Under the pieces are notes generated by a model. That model did no database searches and was not told the DNA's origin. It was given only the letters and a program-made list of their open reading frames with translations. DNA of 64,000 nucleotides, from the NCBI RefSeq assembly GCF_947568905.1, contig NC_079170.1:14322001-14386000 (forward strand). Direction: 5' to 3'. Shown piece after piece: positions 50,417 to 62,277 of the stretch. Position numbers and translations under genes: made by a program. The stretch is from Ostrea edulis (Eukaryota). Numbering within the stretch: the stretch's first letter is position 1; each line of letters opens with the position of its first letter.

Positions 50417-50823
50417 CTATAAGAATATTGAAGAAAAGATATCAGATTGATTGAAATTTACTTGTTGTACTAAATTCGGGTTTCTGTTTACATTAGTTTA
50501 TGACTGCAGTCAGTGTGTATATGTCGAATGATTCAAATTTTACAATTTTTGTTTCTTAACATCAACTTACATGTATCATGTATGAAAGGAGTGATCAATT
50601 TCATAACTCCTATACGCAATGCAAATTAGAGAGTTGGGAAAACACGGACCCTTGAATATACTAAAAGTGGGATCAAGTGCCTAGGAGGAGTGAGCGTCAC
50701 CTATCAACCGGTCATAACCGCTTTGAGCCCAATGTGTCTTTGTTGTCTCTTATTCCACAAAGTTGGTGAAAAAATATATGGTATGTAACGTGACATAAAA
50801 CATGGCAGGCAACATTTGACCAA

Positions 50824-50963
50824 NNNNNNNNNNNNNNNNNNNNNNNNNNNNNNNNNNNNNNNNNNNNNNNNNNNNNNNNNNNNNNNNNNNNNNNNNNNNN
50901 NNNNNNNNNNNNNNNNNNNNNNNNNNNNNNNNNNNNNNNNNNNNNNNNNNNNNNNNNNNNNNN
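50824..50963. other. Assembly gap (140 N)
   Basis: Run of N. Confidence 0.99.
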
Positions 50964-51219
50964 TTTAAGAGAATGAAATAGCATTACTTAAAACAACAAA
51001 TTTAAATCGAATTTTAGAGATCTCTATCCATTCTGCTCGACGGCAATTTACGTGAATTGAAATCCTGAATACCAATATTGTGTACAAATCCCTAGATAGT
51101 TGTGAAACCTCCGCAATCAACTATCACTATTCCTTAGTAATGTCTTTCTAAAATGAAGTGCGGAAGAGGAGTGAGCGTCCACTGTCGACCTTTCAAAACT
51201 GTATCCAGTTACAGGTATA

Positions 51220-51440
51220 AAGCTGTTCTTGGCACACTGATTTTGACTGAGGATAACTCCGTTTACCTGATCAGGATATAGGGCTCACGGCGGGTGTGAC
51301 CGGTCAACAGGGGATGCCTACTCATCCTAGGCACCTGATCCTACCTCGTGTGCCCAGGGGTCCGTGTTTGCCCAAGTATCTATTTTGTATTGCTTATAGG
51401 AGTTATGAGATTGATCACTGTTCGTTATCGTCACCTTGCA
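51220..51440 (+). mobile_element. Penelope-like 3' UTR copy
   Basis: Near-consensus match. Confidence 0.88.
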
Positions 51441-51699
51441 TATAGACGTGACTCTGAAATGGCCGGATGTTTTGTTAAGATAATCGCGGGTGATATCTTG
51501 TCATAATGTGTTAGCATTTTTTTTTATTATTTGTCTACATTTAACGAAAATCAGTGTATTTTTTTCAAACTCTGTCATTCAAAATGAAACAATAATTAAT
51601 GTATCAGATCCATGAATAACTTGTAGATTTATTGTACGAATTGTATGTCTGTTTAATCATATTATACTTATATTTTCATAAATTTGTGGAGATTGTTAA

Positions 51700-51930
51700 A
51701 CTTCAAATATTCACTTCAACAGTGATGGTGTTCAACACTCATTTATTCTCGCTCTGGGCATACTGTAAATGGGGAAATGATCCTTCTTGTAGCCCACCAT
51801 ATTCACTTCTTCGAGAACGGCATGAAATGTGGGGATGTTTCCTCATCCAGTGCTTTAAATTCCTTTTATCAAAGAAAATAACACTTAGCTGCATTGCTGT
51901 TATTTATCTATTGCCCAAGAGATGGATGCA
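51700..51930 (-). pseudogene. PAN first-exon locus with about 400 bp deleted (only ATG GTG GGC TAC AAG AAG left)
   Basis: 51740-51770 matches 100-135 and 51779-51845 matches 537-605 of the intact copy; the intervening exon body and donor are absent. ATG at 51800. Confidence 0.8.
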
Positions 51931-53442
51931 AGTAATAACTGCTTGGAGGCTTGTTTTGTTGATGATATGAAAAAGATGTAATCACAATTTAATTCATATA
52001 GTGAGTGAAGATCTCTTTCATGCTCCTTCAAAATCAGGGCCTAGATTTACAAAACGTTGTAAAGTTTGTCGCAGACGTAGAATTAAACCTAGTACAGTGT
52101 ATCAATTGAAGGTTTGGACACAATTTACGACTGTAATTCGTTCATATATTTTTGACAAACGAGAAAAATTGCAGCAAGTATGTGACAAATGTACACTTTA
52201 AATGATTTCATTTGCTTTTCTACACAAACTGGTAGGTAACCAATATATTTCTATATTGGAATGAATTGGGTTTTTTCTGTTTTCATGCAGTACACATATT
52301 TGCACTTTGTTGTACTGGTTTAAGATCATCAACATTTACTATTCGGTAATGGCACTGTCATTTTACATAATAACCTACATGTAAGATGGATTAGGTAGGC
52401 CCCAAGTATTTCTATATCGAAATCTCTATGACAGGAATTGGTTTAGCCAACTACAGATACTGGAAGATACATACTGATGTGGGGTGAGGTAGAGAGATAA
52501 ATACTGATGTTTTGTTTTTCTATATCTGCTTGAAATAGAAACCAGAAACCCCCTATGCAGCTGTGTACTAGGAAGCTAGCATTTTAATGATGGTAAATCA
52601 TGCTCATGAGATTAAGAGTTTTCTTTAAAAGCGTCCTCATGTATTATCATGTAAACGTTTTATTCCCAATTTTGCCTCCAAATCCCAAACCCCACAACAG
52701 TTTCGTGGAGATTCAGGTTAGAACAGGTCCTCGGTACGTGTTCTTAAAATGTTTACTATATTTGATTGTGAATTGTATTTTATTTATTGCATTATGAAAT
52801 AATTCATAATGATAAGTTTAATCAATAAAGTGGTATTTGTTCCTGGCTAACACACAATTTGCATTGATCTTATAATTCATTCAGGTGGGGTTTCCGCCGC
52901 TCACCCAATACCTGGATATCAATCAAGGAGGGCAAGAAATATCATTAAGCAAAATGTATATGCTTTATAAAAAGGTTCTGTGATCGTAGAGACAATTCAA
53001 GAAAAACGAAGGAATTCAATTAGTCCTGAGAAGTGGATTTTGCATAACAGGTCTAGAAAATCACAATTCTAACATACTCAGATATCACCCAATATTTGAG
53101 GTTGAATTGCAACCAAGGTTGGAGGCTATGATAATACTAGCTCTGGGATGTGTTAGCCAACTGTGTAGTACCACTCGCATTTCTCACCCATCCCTATTCT
53201 AACCCTTTGCAATAAGTGGAGAATCTTGGGATGAAAGGCATGTTATGATAAATGTTGGAAAATCCGGACTTTAGGTTATTTTGTTTTTGGAAAGATTGAC
53301 ATCATTCCAAAGTGTTTCCAAACGTTTGTTTCCATCGTCCAACAAAGTAATGATATGATAAACTTGATATGATAAATGGTGGAGATCCAGAATTCGTTTG
53401 GAATCATCTAACCCTATTGTGAGAACCATCATTTCGTTTTAA

Positions 53443-53757
53443 GGAGGTACGCTATAACAGAGAAGTTTGATATGGATGAAAAGAGGAGGATATGTGCAAC
53501 ACTATTTTGAAATTGAAAACTCAAATTTACTTTATTTAGTCAAAAAATACAGTTTTAGTTAAAACCAATCTGAGAAAAAGTTAAAACTTCTGCTGGTCTC
53601 CAACACGCAATCTACAATTCAGCAATCGACGTGCTAACCTACTGAGCTACTCAGCTAGGCGAGAATTTTTAAAATGAATAGACAAATATTGCTGATATTT
53701 ATATTTTCCACCATGTTTAAAAGGAAGTCAGTCATTATGACGATGTAGAGTATCCCC
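53443..53757. mobile_element. 315-bp non-autonomous element with TTAA TSD (Kolobok-like termini)
   Basis: TTAA|GGAGGTACGCTA...TAGAGTATCCCC|TTAA; TIRs match 9/12. Confidence 0.65.
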
Positions 53758-54439
53758 TTAAATCAAAAGTCTGTTGTGATAAGTGTTGCGATTCTGGTTT
53801 TCAATATTGATATGAGATTCAATGAATAAATCAACGGCCCCAACGCCTGAGACACCATTCCAACGATTCCAGCGTGTGGTTGAACAGTTACCGTCATTTT
53901 CTCAAACGGCGTATGTTCAACCTGATTTGGAGGATCCGGAAATTTCTTTCAATTCGAAAATTTATACACTCAGTTTTGTTTTCACTGGAGCACGAAATAA
54001 CGAAAAACACCAGTCCTGGGCAGCTTTCCACGCCACCCCGCATACGTGAAGTAGGCCAAGCTTCGACTGGTGGTCAAAGTAATCTACTTCCCTCTACACA
54101 CGACGATCAAACACCCGATCTCGTGGTATCTACCCAACAGCAGACGCCAAACCGCGTCGCAATCTACGCAACACCAGACGCCAGATCCATGGCATCTACT
54201 TAAGCTTGATATGATGGTGGTATCAGTATTTGTCCTTGATAATGGTTTGGATCAACATTCCTCATGTGTATATCTATATATAGTTTTCAAAGTTTCTTGT
54301 ACACTAAAAAAGATTTTAATAGCTGTTTTAAGCACATCGTATAAAGCATGATTTCATCATCGAAAAAGTAATAACAACTCCCATATTATTTTATATCATT
54401 GTTTTGTGATTTTTTCGGAATACTAAAGGGGTGTTTTGT

Positions 54440-54590
54440 TTGCAAGGTGAAGATAACGAACAGTGATCAATCTCATAACTCCTACAAGCAATACAAAATA
54501 GATAGTTGGGCAAACACGGACCCCTGGACACATCAGAGGTGGGATCAGATGCCTAGGAGGAGTAAGCATCCCCTGTTGACCGGTAAAAGA
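54440..54590 (-). mobile_element. Penelope-like 3' UTR copy
   Basis: Near-consensus match. Confidence 0.88.
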
Positions 54591-55886
54591 TTCTGGGCAC
54601 CTTTTCACAAAATATCGTGTGACTAAGATCAAAATTTACAAACACTGTAATTTCCTTATTTTTCATTTCTTGTAGACTTTCTTAATCAATATGTAAAGTA
54701 CATCCATGGTTTATAAAAGTTGAATACATACTTATGACCTTGTGATCGGTATTTGATTATCAAACAGAATTTTTTTTTCATCTTAGTCGTAAGATACTTT
54801 GTGAATATGGGCCCTAGAGTCCAAATTCCGCTGTGAATTGGTGCAATATGTGAATATCTAATAAAATATGTCTAAAGGACTCTGATAGACGTTCTTATTT
54901 TTAAGAAAAAAACATTTATGAAAAATGAAAACGTTATATGTTTGACATATTTTTTTAAGATTATATTCGTAGATTTAGAAAATATTAGCAAATCACTTTT
55001 TCAATTTTCATAAGTATTTTTATTTAAAATATAGACCGTCTGTCTAATTTGTTTAGGCTTGTTTTATTAGATATCCATATCATGCATCAAATCTTAGCAA
55101 AACTTGGAATCTAGAATATCCTATTTGTAAACAAAACATTTTGTTTTACCATCCCGGTAAAAATAAAATCGCAAAAAATCAATATAAAATATTTGAAAAC
55201 TTGTATTGCACTTTCAATAATAATATTATTCTTCAAAAGACGTGCTTTAACGAACCATTAATGAGCTACCTTAAAGTGGGGTGGGATGATAAAAACTATG
55301 CAAATCTAGTTTTCCGTAAGGCATTTACTTTTGACATCGTCTCCATATGTATGTTTCACTGTTCATGCTTTAAAGTAAATTATATGTGTAAATATTTAGA
55401 TTCCCGGTACTGCACCAAATCTAAAACATTTAATGATATAGGTACTCATTCATCAAGCGATCTGATGGGTTTTGGCACGATAAGTTACGGCTTTTAAGTG
55501 TCGAATTTGAAGCTGGCTGGACGTTTCTAAAATATGATCAGTAAAATCGAATTTGTACACCTATGATGTGATCCTCTTGTTTTCGGAACCAAACCAAGGT
55601 CCCAGTGTAGATAATCTCAGGACCGAAAACCCGCCCTCTCGCGCCTCCAATTTACAGAACAGTATGTGTACATGGGTAGGCATTTAATATACGCGGGGTA
55701 TAAATATGTAGTGTGCATACATACGATTTCTGACGTCAATGTTTACATCGCTACCCACCATGAACTAGATCAAGCATTAAAGCTATTTAAACTGGCAGTG
55801 TATAAAGGCTGACAGACCGCACAAGTATTTAATCACAACACTAGGGAGAATGTCGAAATAACAGGGAGGCCATCTTGGGTTTTAAG

Positions 55887-56143
55887 GTGAGATACAATTA
55901 TATGTACACATTCTGACATTGTGATGTCGATATCTATGTGATCAGTGAGATAGATTTGATCATATTTTAATAATTTCACATACTTCTAAGGCGTGAATTT
56001 AGTATAATGATGCCTTGTGCATGCGTTTTCGATTTAAATTTCAATGAATTGTTTTGGGTTTTTAAAAATATATATTATGATATAAGTTTAGCGTGTGATA
56101 TGCTTTAACCCGTATAATATCTAGGATTCCTTTTTATCGACAG
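55887..56143 (+). other. Probable 5' UTR intron of the intact TRIM-like gene (paralog 59747-60022)
   Basis: AAG|GTGAG donor and atcgacag|taaactg acceptor conserved upstream of both paralogs, 30 nt before the ATG. Confidence 0.7.
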
Positions 56144-56173
56144 TAAACTGTTCGTGTCACTCCGACACTAGAA

Positions 56174-57907
56174 ATGCTGCACCCCAGGCGTAGTGCCCAG
56201 CACGTTCTACTATGTGACCTCTGTGAAACTGTCCCCCTACAGAGCCATTGTGAACTTTGTAATGTAAATCTCTGTGTTAACTGTGTAGGAAAACATCTCT
56301 TAGATTCTTCTACAGGACACAATGTTGTGTCCCATTTACAAAGAAGGTCTACTCCTAACTACTCAAAATGTCCGAAACACGCCAATGAACACTCTAAACT
56401 TTACTGTGAAAAATGTAACATTCCTGTCTGTATTACCCGCGTCTCCTCAGGAAAACACAAACATCACAAGATTTCAGATATTCATGAAAACCTCAGCGCT
56501 CAAACTCAACTTCTGCAAAATGATTTGAAAGAATTAGAGAACATAATTTGTCCCCGATATGAAGAAATGGCGTATAATGTCCAGACTGAGAAAGCCGAGG
56601 TAGAAACGAATTACGGGGAACTGATAACAGCTGCCGACCAACAAGGAGAAAACTTGCACCGAGAAATCACCGCCATTGTCAATCAACGAAAAGCTGATAT
56701 TGGGGAGATGAAAAATAAACACCTTTCTACCCTGAATAAAAATACAAAAGAAATCGCACAGAATATTACTGAACTCGAACAGATCATCTCCGACCTCAAA
56801 TCAATACTAAAAGCAAATGACATATCCTTAACCTCTACTTACAAATCTAGGAATTCCGAGTTCAGAACATTACCGCCTAAAGTCAGAGTTACATTACCAA
56901 GTTTTTCTACTCAGAAAATAAACAAAGATAAGCTCAATAAAATGTTTGGATCTTTGCAATCATTATCCATTAATACAGAATATAGCGACACAATGAAGTC
57001 ACCAGAAGCTGTATCATCTGCTCCAATCAAATCACTGCTTGATGAACCGCAACTCATTGCCACTTTTAACACTGGGTATAAATATTTACACAGTGTTAGC
57101 TGTTTCGGTGAAGAAGTCTGGACACGTGGGAATAGCAAAATAATGAAGCTACTCAACCTCCAGGGTAATCAACTGACATCAATACAAACCGAGTCGGGGA
57201 ATATACCAGAGGACATAGCAGTGACACGGGACGGAGATCTTGTTTACACTGACCGTCTTAAGAAAACTGTAAACCTAGTGAAGAATGAACATATACACAA
57301 CGTGATCACACTACAGGGGTGGTGTCCTCTCTGTGTTTGCAGTACCTCTGATGATGATCTCCTGGTTTCCATGATCAGCGATGATAAAACACAAACTAAA
57401 GTTGCTCGATATTCTGACTCCACAGAGACACAAACCATTCAGTTTGACGATCAGGGTCATCCTCTCTATTCATCTGGTGTTTATATCCATAAATACGTCA
57501 GTGAGAATAGGAACCATGATATATGTGTGGCTGACCGTGAAGCAAGAGCAGTAGTGGTGGTCAATCGGTCAGGAAAACTCCGATTTAAATACACTGGTCA
57601 TCCCTCAAATACTAAGACATCCTTCAATCCATTCAGTCTATTAAAATCCGCTGGTAAATCCTCTAATACCAAAAAACCATTTGATCCAATCGGCATTACT
57701 ACAGACAGCCATAGTCATATCCTGACTGTAGACAGTAATAATAACCGTGTACACATCCTAGATCTGGACGGACAGTTCCTCCGTTACATTAAGAACTGTC
57801 AGTTGGACGCCCCAGTAGGTCTGTGTGTGGACATCAGAGACAACCTTTTTGTGGCTGAGTGGGACGCTGCTAAAGTGAAGAAAATCCAATATTATAAACA
57901 GGGTTGA
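56174..57907 (+). CDS. B-box / coiled-coil / NHL-like beta-propeller protein (TRIM-like, no RING), 577 aa
   Basis: CDLC...CELC...CVNC...H (B-box 1); CPKH...CEKC...(I/C)TRVSSGKHKHH (B-box 2, last Cys pair altered); helical middle region; repeats PEDIAVT..GDLVYTD, ICVAD..ARAVVVV, PIGITTDS.SHILTVD, PVGLCVD..DNLFVAE. Confidence 0.93.
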   Translation: MLHPRRSAQHVLLCDLCETVPLQSHCELCNVNLCVNCVGKHLLDSSTGHNVVSHLQRRSTPNYSKCPKHANEHSKLYCEKCNIPVCITRVSSGKHKHHKISDIHENLSAQTQLLQNDLKELENIICPRYEEMAYNVQTEKAEVETNYGELITAADQQGENLHREITAIVNQRKADIGEMKNKHLSTLNKNTKEIAQNITELEQIISDLKSILKANDISLTSTYKSRNSEFRTLPPKVRVTLPSFSTQKINKDKLNKMFGSLQSLSINTEYSDTMKSPEAVSSAPIKSLLDEPQLIATFNTGYKYLHSVSCFGEEVWTRGNSKIMKLLNLQGNQLTSIQTESGNIPEDIAVTRDGDLVYTDRLKKTVNLVKNEHIHNVITLQGWCPLCVCSTSDDDLLVSMISDDKTQTKVARYSDSTETQTIQFDDQGHPLYSSGVYIHKYVSENRNHDICVADREARAVVVVNRSGKLRFKYTGHPSNTKTSFNPFSLLKSAGKSSNTKKPFDPIGITTDSHSHILTVDSNNNRVHILDLDGQFLRYIKNCQLDAPVGLCVDIRDNLFVAEWDAAKVKKIQYYKQG

Positions 57908-58739
57908 TTGCACATCCCCAGACAGTGTTAATTACACATCTAAACACAGTGCTAATCATCATATCTAAACGATGTTATTTACAAATTTGTATTGATTACA
58001 ACTGCTTGTTAATTACAGTCCTGCGTTAATCACAGTTTTATGTCCACCTGTGTTCATTACAGCTCTGTCTTTTTAGACCCCTGTGTTTGTGATGTGCAGT
58101 TAACACGTACCTGTTTTTGTGTGTTTATCTCGCTGTGCATTAGTCGCTCACTGCTGTTTAGTATCTATATCTTACTTAAGGAAACATCATTAATGTAATT
58201 ATACTAATTACTAGTTTGATTGTGTTGCTAGTTATTCATTTTGGACACATGTGAATCATGAATTGTAAATAAAGGTAAAACAGTTATTGTGATGTACTAA
58301 GAAATGTCACTTTGTCAGTATTTTGTGCGTAGCCTTGTGTAAACATGTACGAAAATGAACTACTTATTGGGCATTATTTTGTTTATTAATCATATATTTC
58401 AATATGTGTTTTATTTTTCAATGTATATAATTATTAGATAAACATAATATAGATTTAAATTTTATATTATTACTGAGTACTTACTTAGATTTGTAGTACT
58501 GTAACAAAGAGGGACCCCAAACGTCAAGTCTTCATCACAGATCTTCAGATTCAGGTTCACAGTCTTCCGTTTACCATCAATAACGTCACAACATTCCACA
58601 GTCCTTCAAAATCAATACAGAAAAAAATGTAATCATATCAAACTGTATTTTTTAAAATTGTCTGTATTCCAGAACTTAATTATCTTCATAAAGTCTACTT
58701 TATCGCAGTGTGGTATATCTACATAATTATGTATATGTA

Positions 58740-58850
58740 CATGAAAGGTGAAAATAACGAACAGTGATCAATCTCATAACTCCTATAAGGAATACAAAAT
58801 AGATATTTGGGCAAACACAGACCATTGGATACACCAGAGGTGGGATTAAG
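58740..58850 (-). mobile_element. Penelope-like 3' end fragment
   Basis: tgaaaggtgaaaataacgaacagtgatcaatctcataactcctataag... Confidence 0.85.
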
Positions 58851-58917
58851 TAATATATAACATAAACAGAAAGCATGAATTAAAGCAACCTCTCCATTGT
58901 ATCTCAGTCCTGAAATG

Positions 58918-59175
58918 TCCCCTCCCCATCACTCCTACAACCCAAGGTCCCATTGTGTGTAGATCAGCACCTACCCCTCCCCCATCACTCCTACAACCCA
59001 AAGTCCCATTGTGTGTATATCAGCCCCCCTCCCCATCACTCCTACAACCCAAAGTCCCGGTGTGTGTATTTCACTCCCCTCCCCATCATTCCTACAACCC
59101 AAATCCCCAGTGTGTGTATATCACCCCCTCCCCATCATTCCTACAACCCAAATCCCCAGTGTGTGTATATCAGGC
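58918..59175. repeat. About 50-bp minisatellite, 5 units
   Basis: Unit ccctccccatca(c/t)tcctacaacccaaagtcccattgtgtgtatatcagcc. Confidence 0.92.
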
Positions 59176-59612
59176 CCGAAATCCCCCTCACCCTTCATGG
59201 TATTGTATCTGTACATGGGATGGACTTTTGATATAGACGGGATATTCACTGCATGCATATATACGGTTTCGGACGTATATGTTGACATAGCTACCAATCG
59301 ATCAGGAATTCAATGTCTCATTTTTTTGGCAATACAATGACATAAAGCATTGGCAAAGCGGATATTGTGAAACAAAAGCATCTGAGAAAAATACAAAAAC
59401 TAAAAGAATGTTTAACCCGTAAAACTTACCCTCTCAGTGGTCATTCTTATATATTTGATTAATCTGATTAATAATTAAATGAATTGAATTGATGAAAGAT
59501 AGGATTTGTACAATAATATTTTGAAGCATGAATCATTTCTTAACAAGCTTTAAAACTATTGAAACAAGATATTATACGTAAATAGTGACACGCCACACAC
59601 GTATTTAAATAC

Positions 59613-59681
59613 CATCTTCGCGAGCCAAGGATTACGCTCCACGGAAACACCATGGAGCCTCACCCTTGGCTAGCGAAAATG
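59613..59681. mobile_element. 69-bp hairpin MITE with 9-bp TSD
   Basis: catcttcgcgagccaagg / ccttggctagcgaaaatg; tttaaatac at 59604-59612 and 59682-59690; absent at the paralogous site near 55825. Confidence 0.75.
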
Positions 59682-60052
59682 TTTAAATACATGTACAAGA
59701 CTAGACAGAATATCGAACAAACAGGGAGGCCATATTGTATTTAAAGGTGAGGCAAAATTACAGATATACACATTTTCTTATGTTATAGTGTCATTACAAA
59801 CAATAGTTATGTGACCAATGAGATGGTTCGGATCACTCTTATCAACATTTCACGTAATTCTGAGGAGGGGTATAATTGGTATATCGATGACTTGTTGATA
59901 TCATTCCCATTAAAATATGAAAATTCATTTCGGCATTTTCTCTTATTATCATCATGTAATTTTACCGTGTCAATATATTTCTAACTTGTCAAAATATCTA
60001 AGATTTTCATTTATATCGACAGTAAACTGTTTGTGTCACTCCGACACTCGAA

Positions 60053-61722
60053 ATGCTGCACCCCCGGCGTAGTGCCCAGTACGTTCTACTATGTGACGTC
60101 TGTGAAACTGTCCCCCTACAGAGCCATTGTGAACTTTGTAATATAAATCTATGCGAGGCATGTGTTGGGGAGCACCTCTCGTATTTGTCTTAAAAAAACA
60201 CAATGCCGTGTCCTTTTTAAAAATAAAGGCTACTCCTACGAGCACAAAATGTTCGAAACACGCCGATCAACACTGTAAACATTACTGTGAGAACTGTGAC
60301 ATTCCTGTCTGTATTGCCTGCGTCTCTTCGGGAAAACACAAAGATCACAAGTTTTCAGATATTCATGAAAAACTCAGCTCTAAAACACAAAGTTTACAAA
60401 ACGATTTGGAAGAACTAGAGACCATAATTTATCCCCGATATGACGAAATGTCATCCGATGTCCAAACTGAGAAAGCCAAGGTAGAAACGAATTACGGGAA
60501 GCTGACCACAGCTGCTGACCAACAAGGAAAAGTCTTACACCGAGAGATCACTGCCATTGTCAACAAACGAAAATCTGATATTGAGGAGATGAAAAAGAAA
60601 CACTTATCGATCCTGAATAAAAATTCAGATGAAATCACACAGAAAATTACTGAACTCAAACATATCGTTTCGGATTTGAAGTCAATACTAAAATCAAATG
60701 ACGTCTCCTTAACCTCTACTTACAAATCTATGAATTCAGAATTCAGAATAACACCTCTTAAAGTCCGAGTTACATTACCAAGTTTCTCTCCTCGGCAAAT
60801 AAACAAAAATGAACTCAGTGAAATATTTGGTTCTCTATCATTATTACCCATTACAAAAGAAGATGGCAACACAATACAGTCACCAGCAGCTGCATCGTCT
60901 CCTCCAGTCAAACCACTGCTTGATGAACCGCGACTCACCGCCACCATAGACACTGGGTATGAATTACAATTCAGTGTTAACTGTCACAGCGAAGAACAAT
61001 TGTGGACATGTGGGGGTAACAAAATCATGAAACTCCTCAACCTACAGGGTAAACTACTGGCATCAATACAAACCTGTTCAGAGTACTGGCCACGGGACAT
61101 AGCAATTACACGGGGTGGATATCTTGTTTATACTGACATTAATAAAACTGTAAACCTAGTGAAGGATGAACAGATACAGACTGTGATCAGACTACAGGGA
61201 TGGAGGCCTTTCAATGTCTGCAGTACCTCTGATGATGATTTCCTGGTTACCATGATTAGAGATGATTACAAACAATACAAAGTTGTGCGTTACTCTGGCT
61301 CCAAAGAGACACAAACCATTCAGTTTGATGATCGGGGTCGACCGCTCTATTCATCTGATCGTTATTACAGTACATACATCACTGAGAATAGGAACCTCGA
61401 TATCTGTGTATCTGACCGTGCAGCTGGCGCGGTAGTGGTGGTTAATTAGTCAGGAAAACTACGATTTAGATATACTGGTCATTCTTCTAATACCAAGGAA
61501 TCATTTTCTCCAGTCGGCCTCACAACAGACAGTCAGAGTCACATCCTGACAGCAGATATTAATTATGGATGCATCCACATCCTAGATCAGGATGGACAGT
61601 TTCTCCGTTACATTCAAAATTGTGATTTACGCGCTCCATACGGTTTATGTGTGGACATCAGAGACAAACTCTTTGTGGCTGAGTATGATACTGCTAAAGT
61701 GAAGAAAATCCAATATCTATAA
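60053..61722 (+). pseudogene. Disrupted paralog of the B-box/NHL gene
   Basis: ATG 60053 MLHPRRSAQYVLLCDVC...; +1 frameshift near 60190 (TCT TAA); in-frame TAG at 61447-61449 where the paralog has CGG; homology continues to KIQYL* at 61720-61722. Confidence 0.9.
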
Positions 61723-61749
61723 ATACCGTACTAATTACATGTCTCAATA

Positions 61750-62090
61750 GTGTTGGTTACACATCTAAACAGATTATGTACTCATCAAAACAAGGTGTCA
61801 ATTACACATCTCACAACAGTGTTAATTACACAACTAAACACACTGTTAATTACACATCTCAATACAGTGTTAATTACACAACTAAACACACTGTTAATTA
61901 CACATCTCAATACAGTGTTATTTACACAACTAAACACAATGTTAATTACACATCTCAATACAGTGTTAATTACATCTCAAAACACAGTATTAATTGCAAA
62001 TCTATAAACACAGTTAATTACATATTTAAACAGGATGTTGATTACACATCTAAACAGATTTACAACCCTGTGCTAATTACACTCCAGTGT
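61750..62090. repeat. 24-bp tandem repeat in the 3' region (short version at 57920-58030)
   Basis: Unit acagtgttaattacaca(t/a)ctaaac/ctcaat. Confidence 0.9.
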
Positions 62091-62277
62091 TTGCGATGTG
62101 TAATTAGCATGTATTTATTTTTTGTGTTGAACTGATTGAACATTTGTTTCATTGCTGTTCAGTATTTATGTCTTACTATATCTATATTCTAATATTTAGT
62201 GAATAGTATTAAACTTAGTATGTTATTCTTATTTGAATGTGTTACTAGCATTTATCTGTCTATATAAATATTTTTTT

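Noticed and set aside
55690-55740. TATA box (TATAAATA) and CRE-like TGACGTCA as the TRIM-like promoter
   Set aside because: Plausible, but such short motifs are common in AT-rich DNA and I could not find them at the matching position of the paralog.
60151-61449. 432-aa ORF as an intact protein
   Set aside because: Its N-terminus is an out-of-frame read of the first B-box, and it ends at a premature stop inside the propeller.
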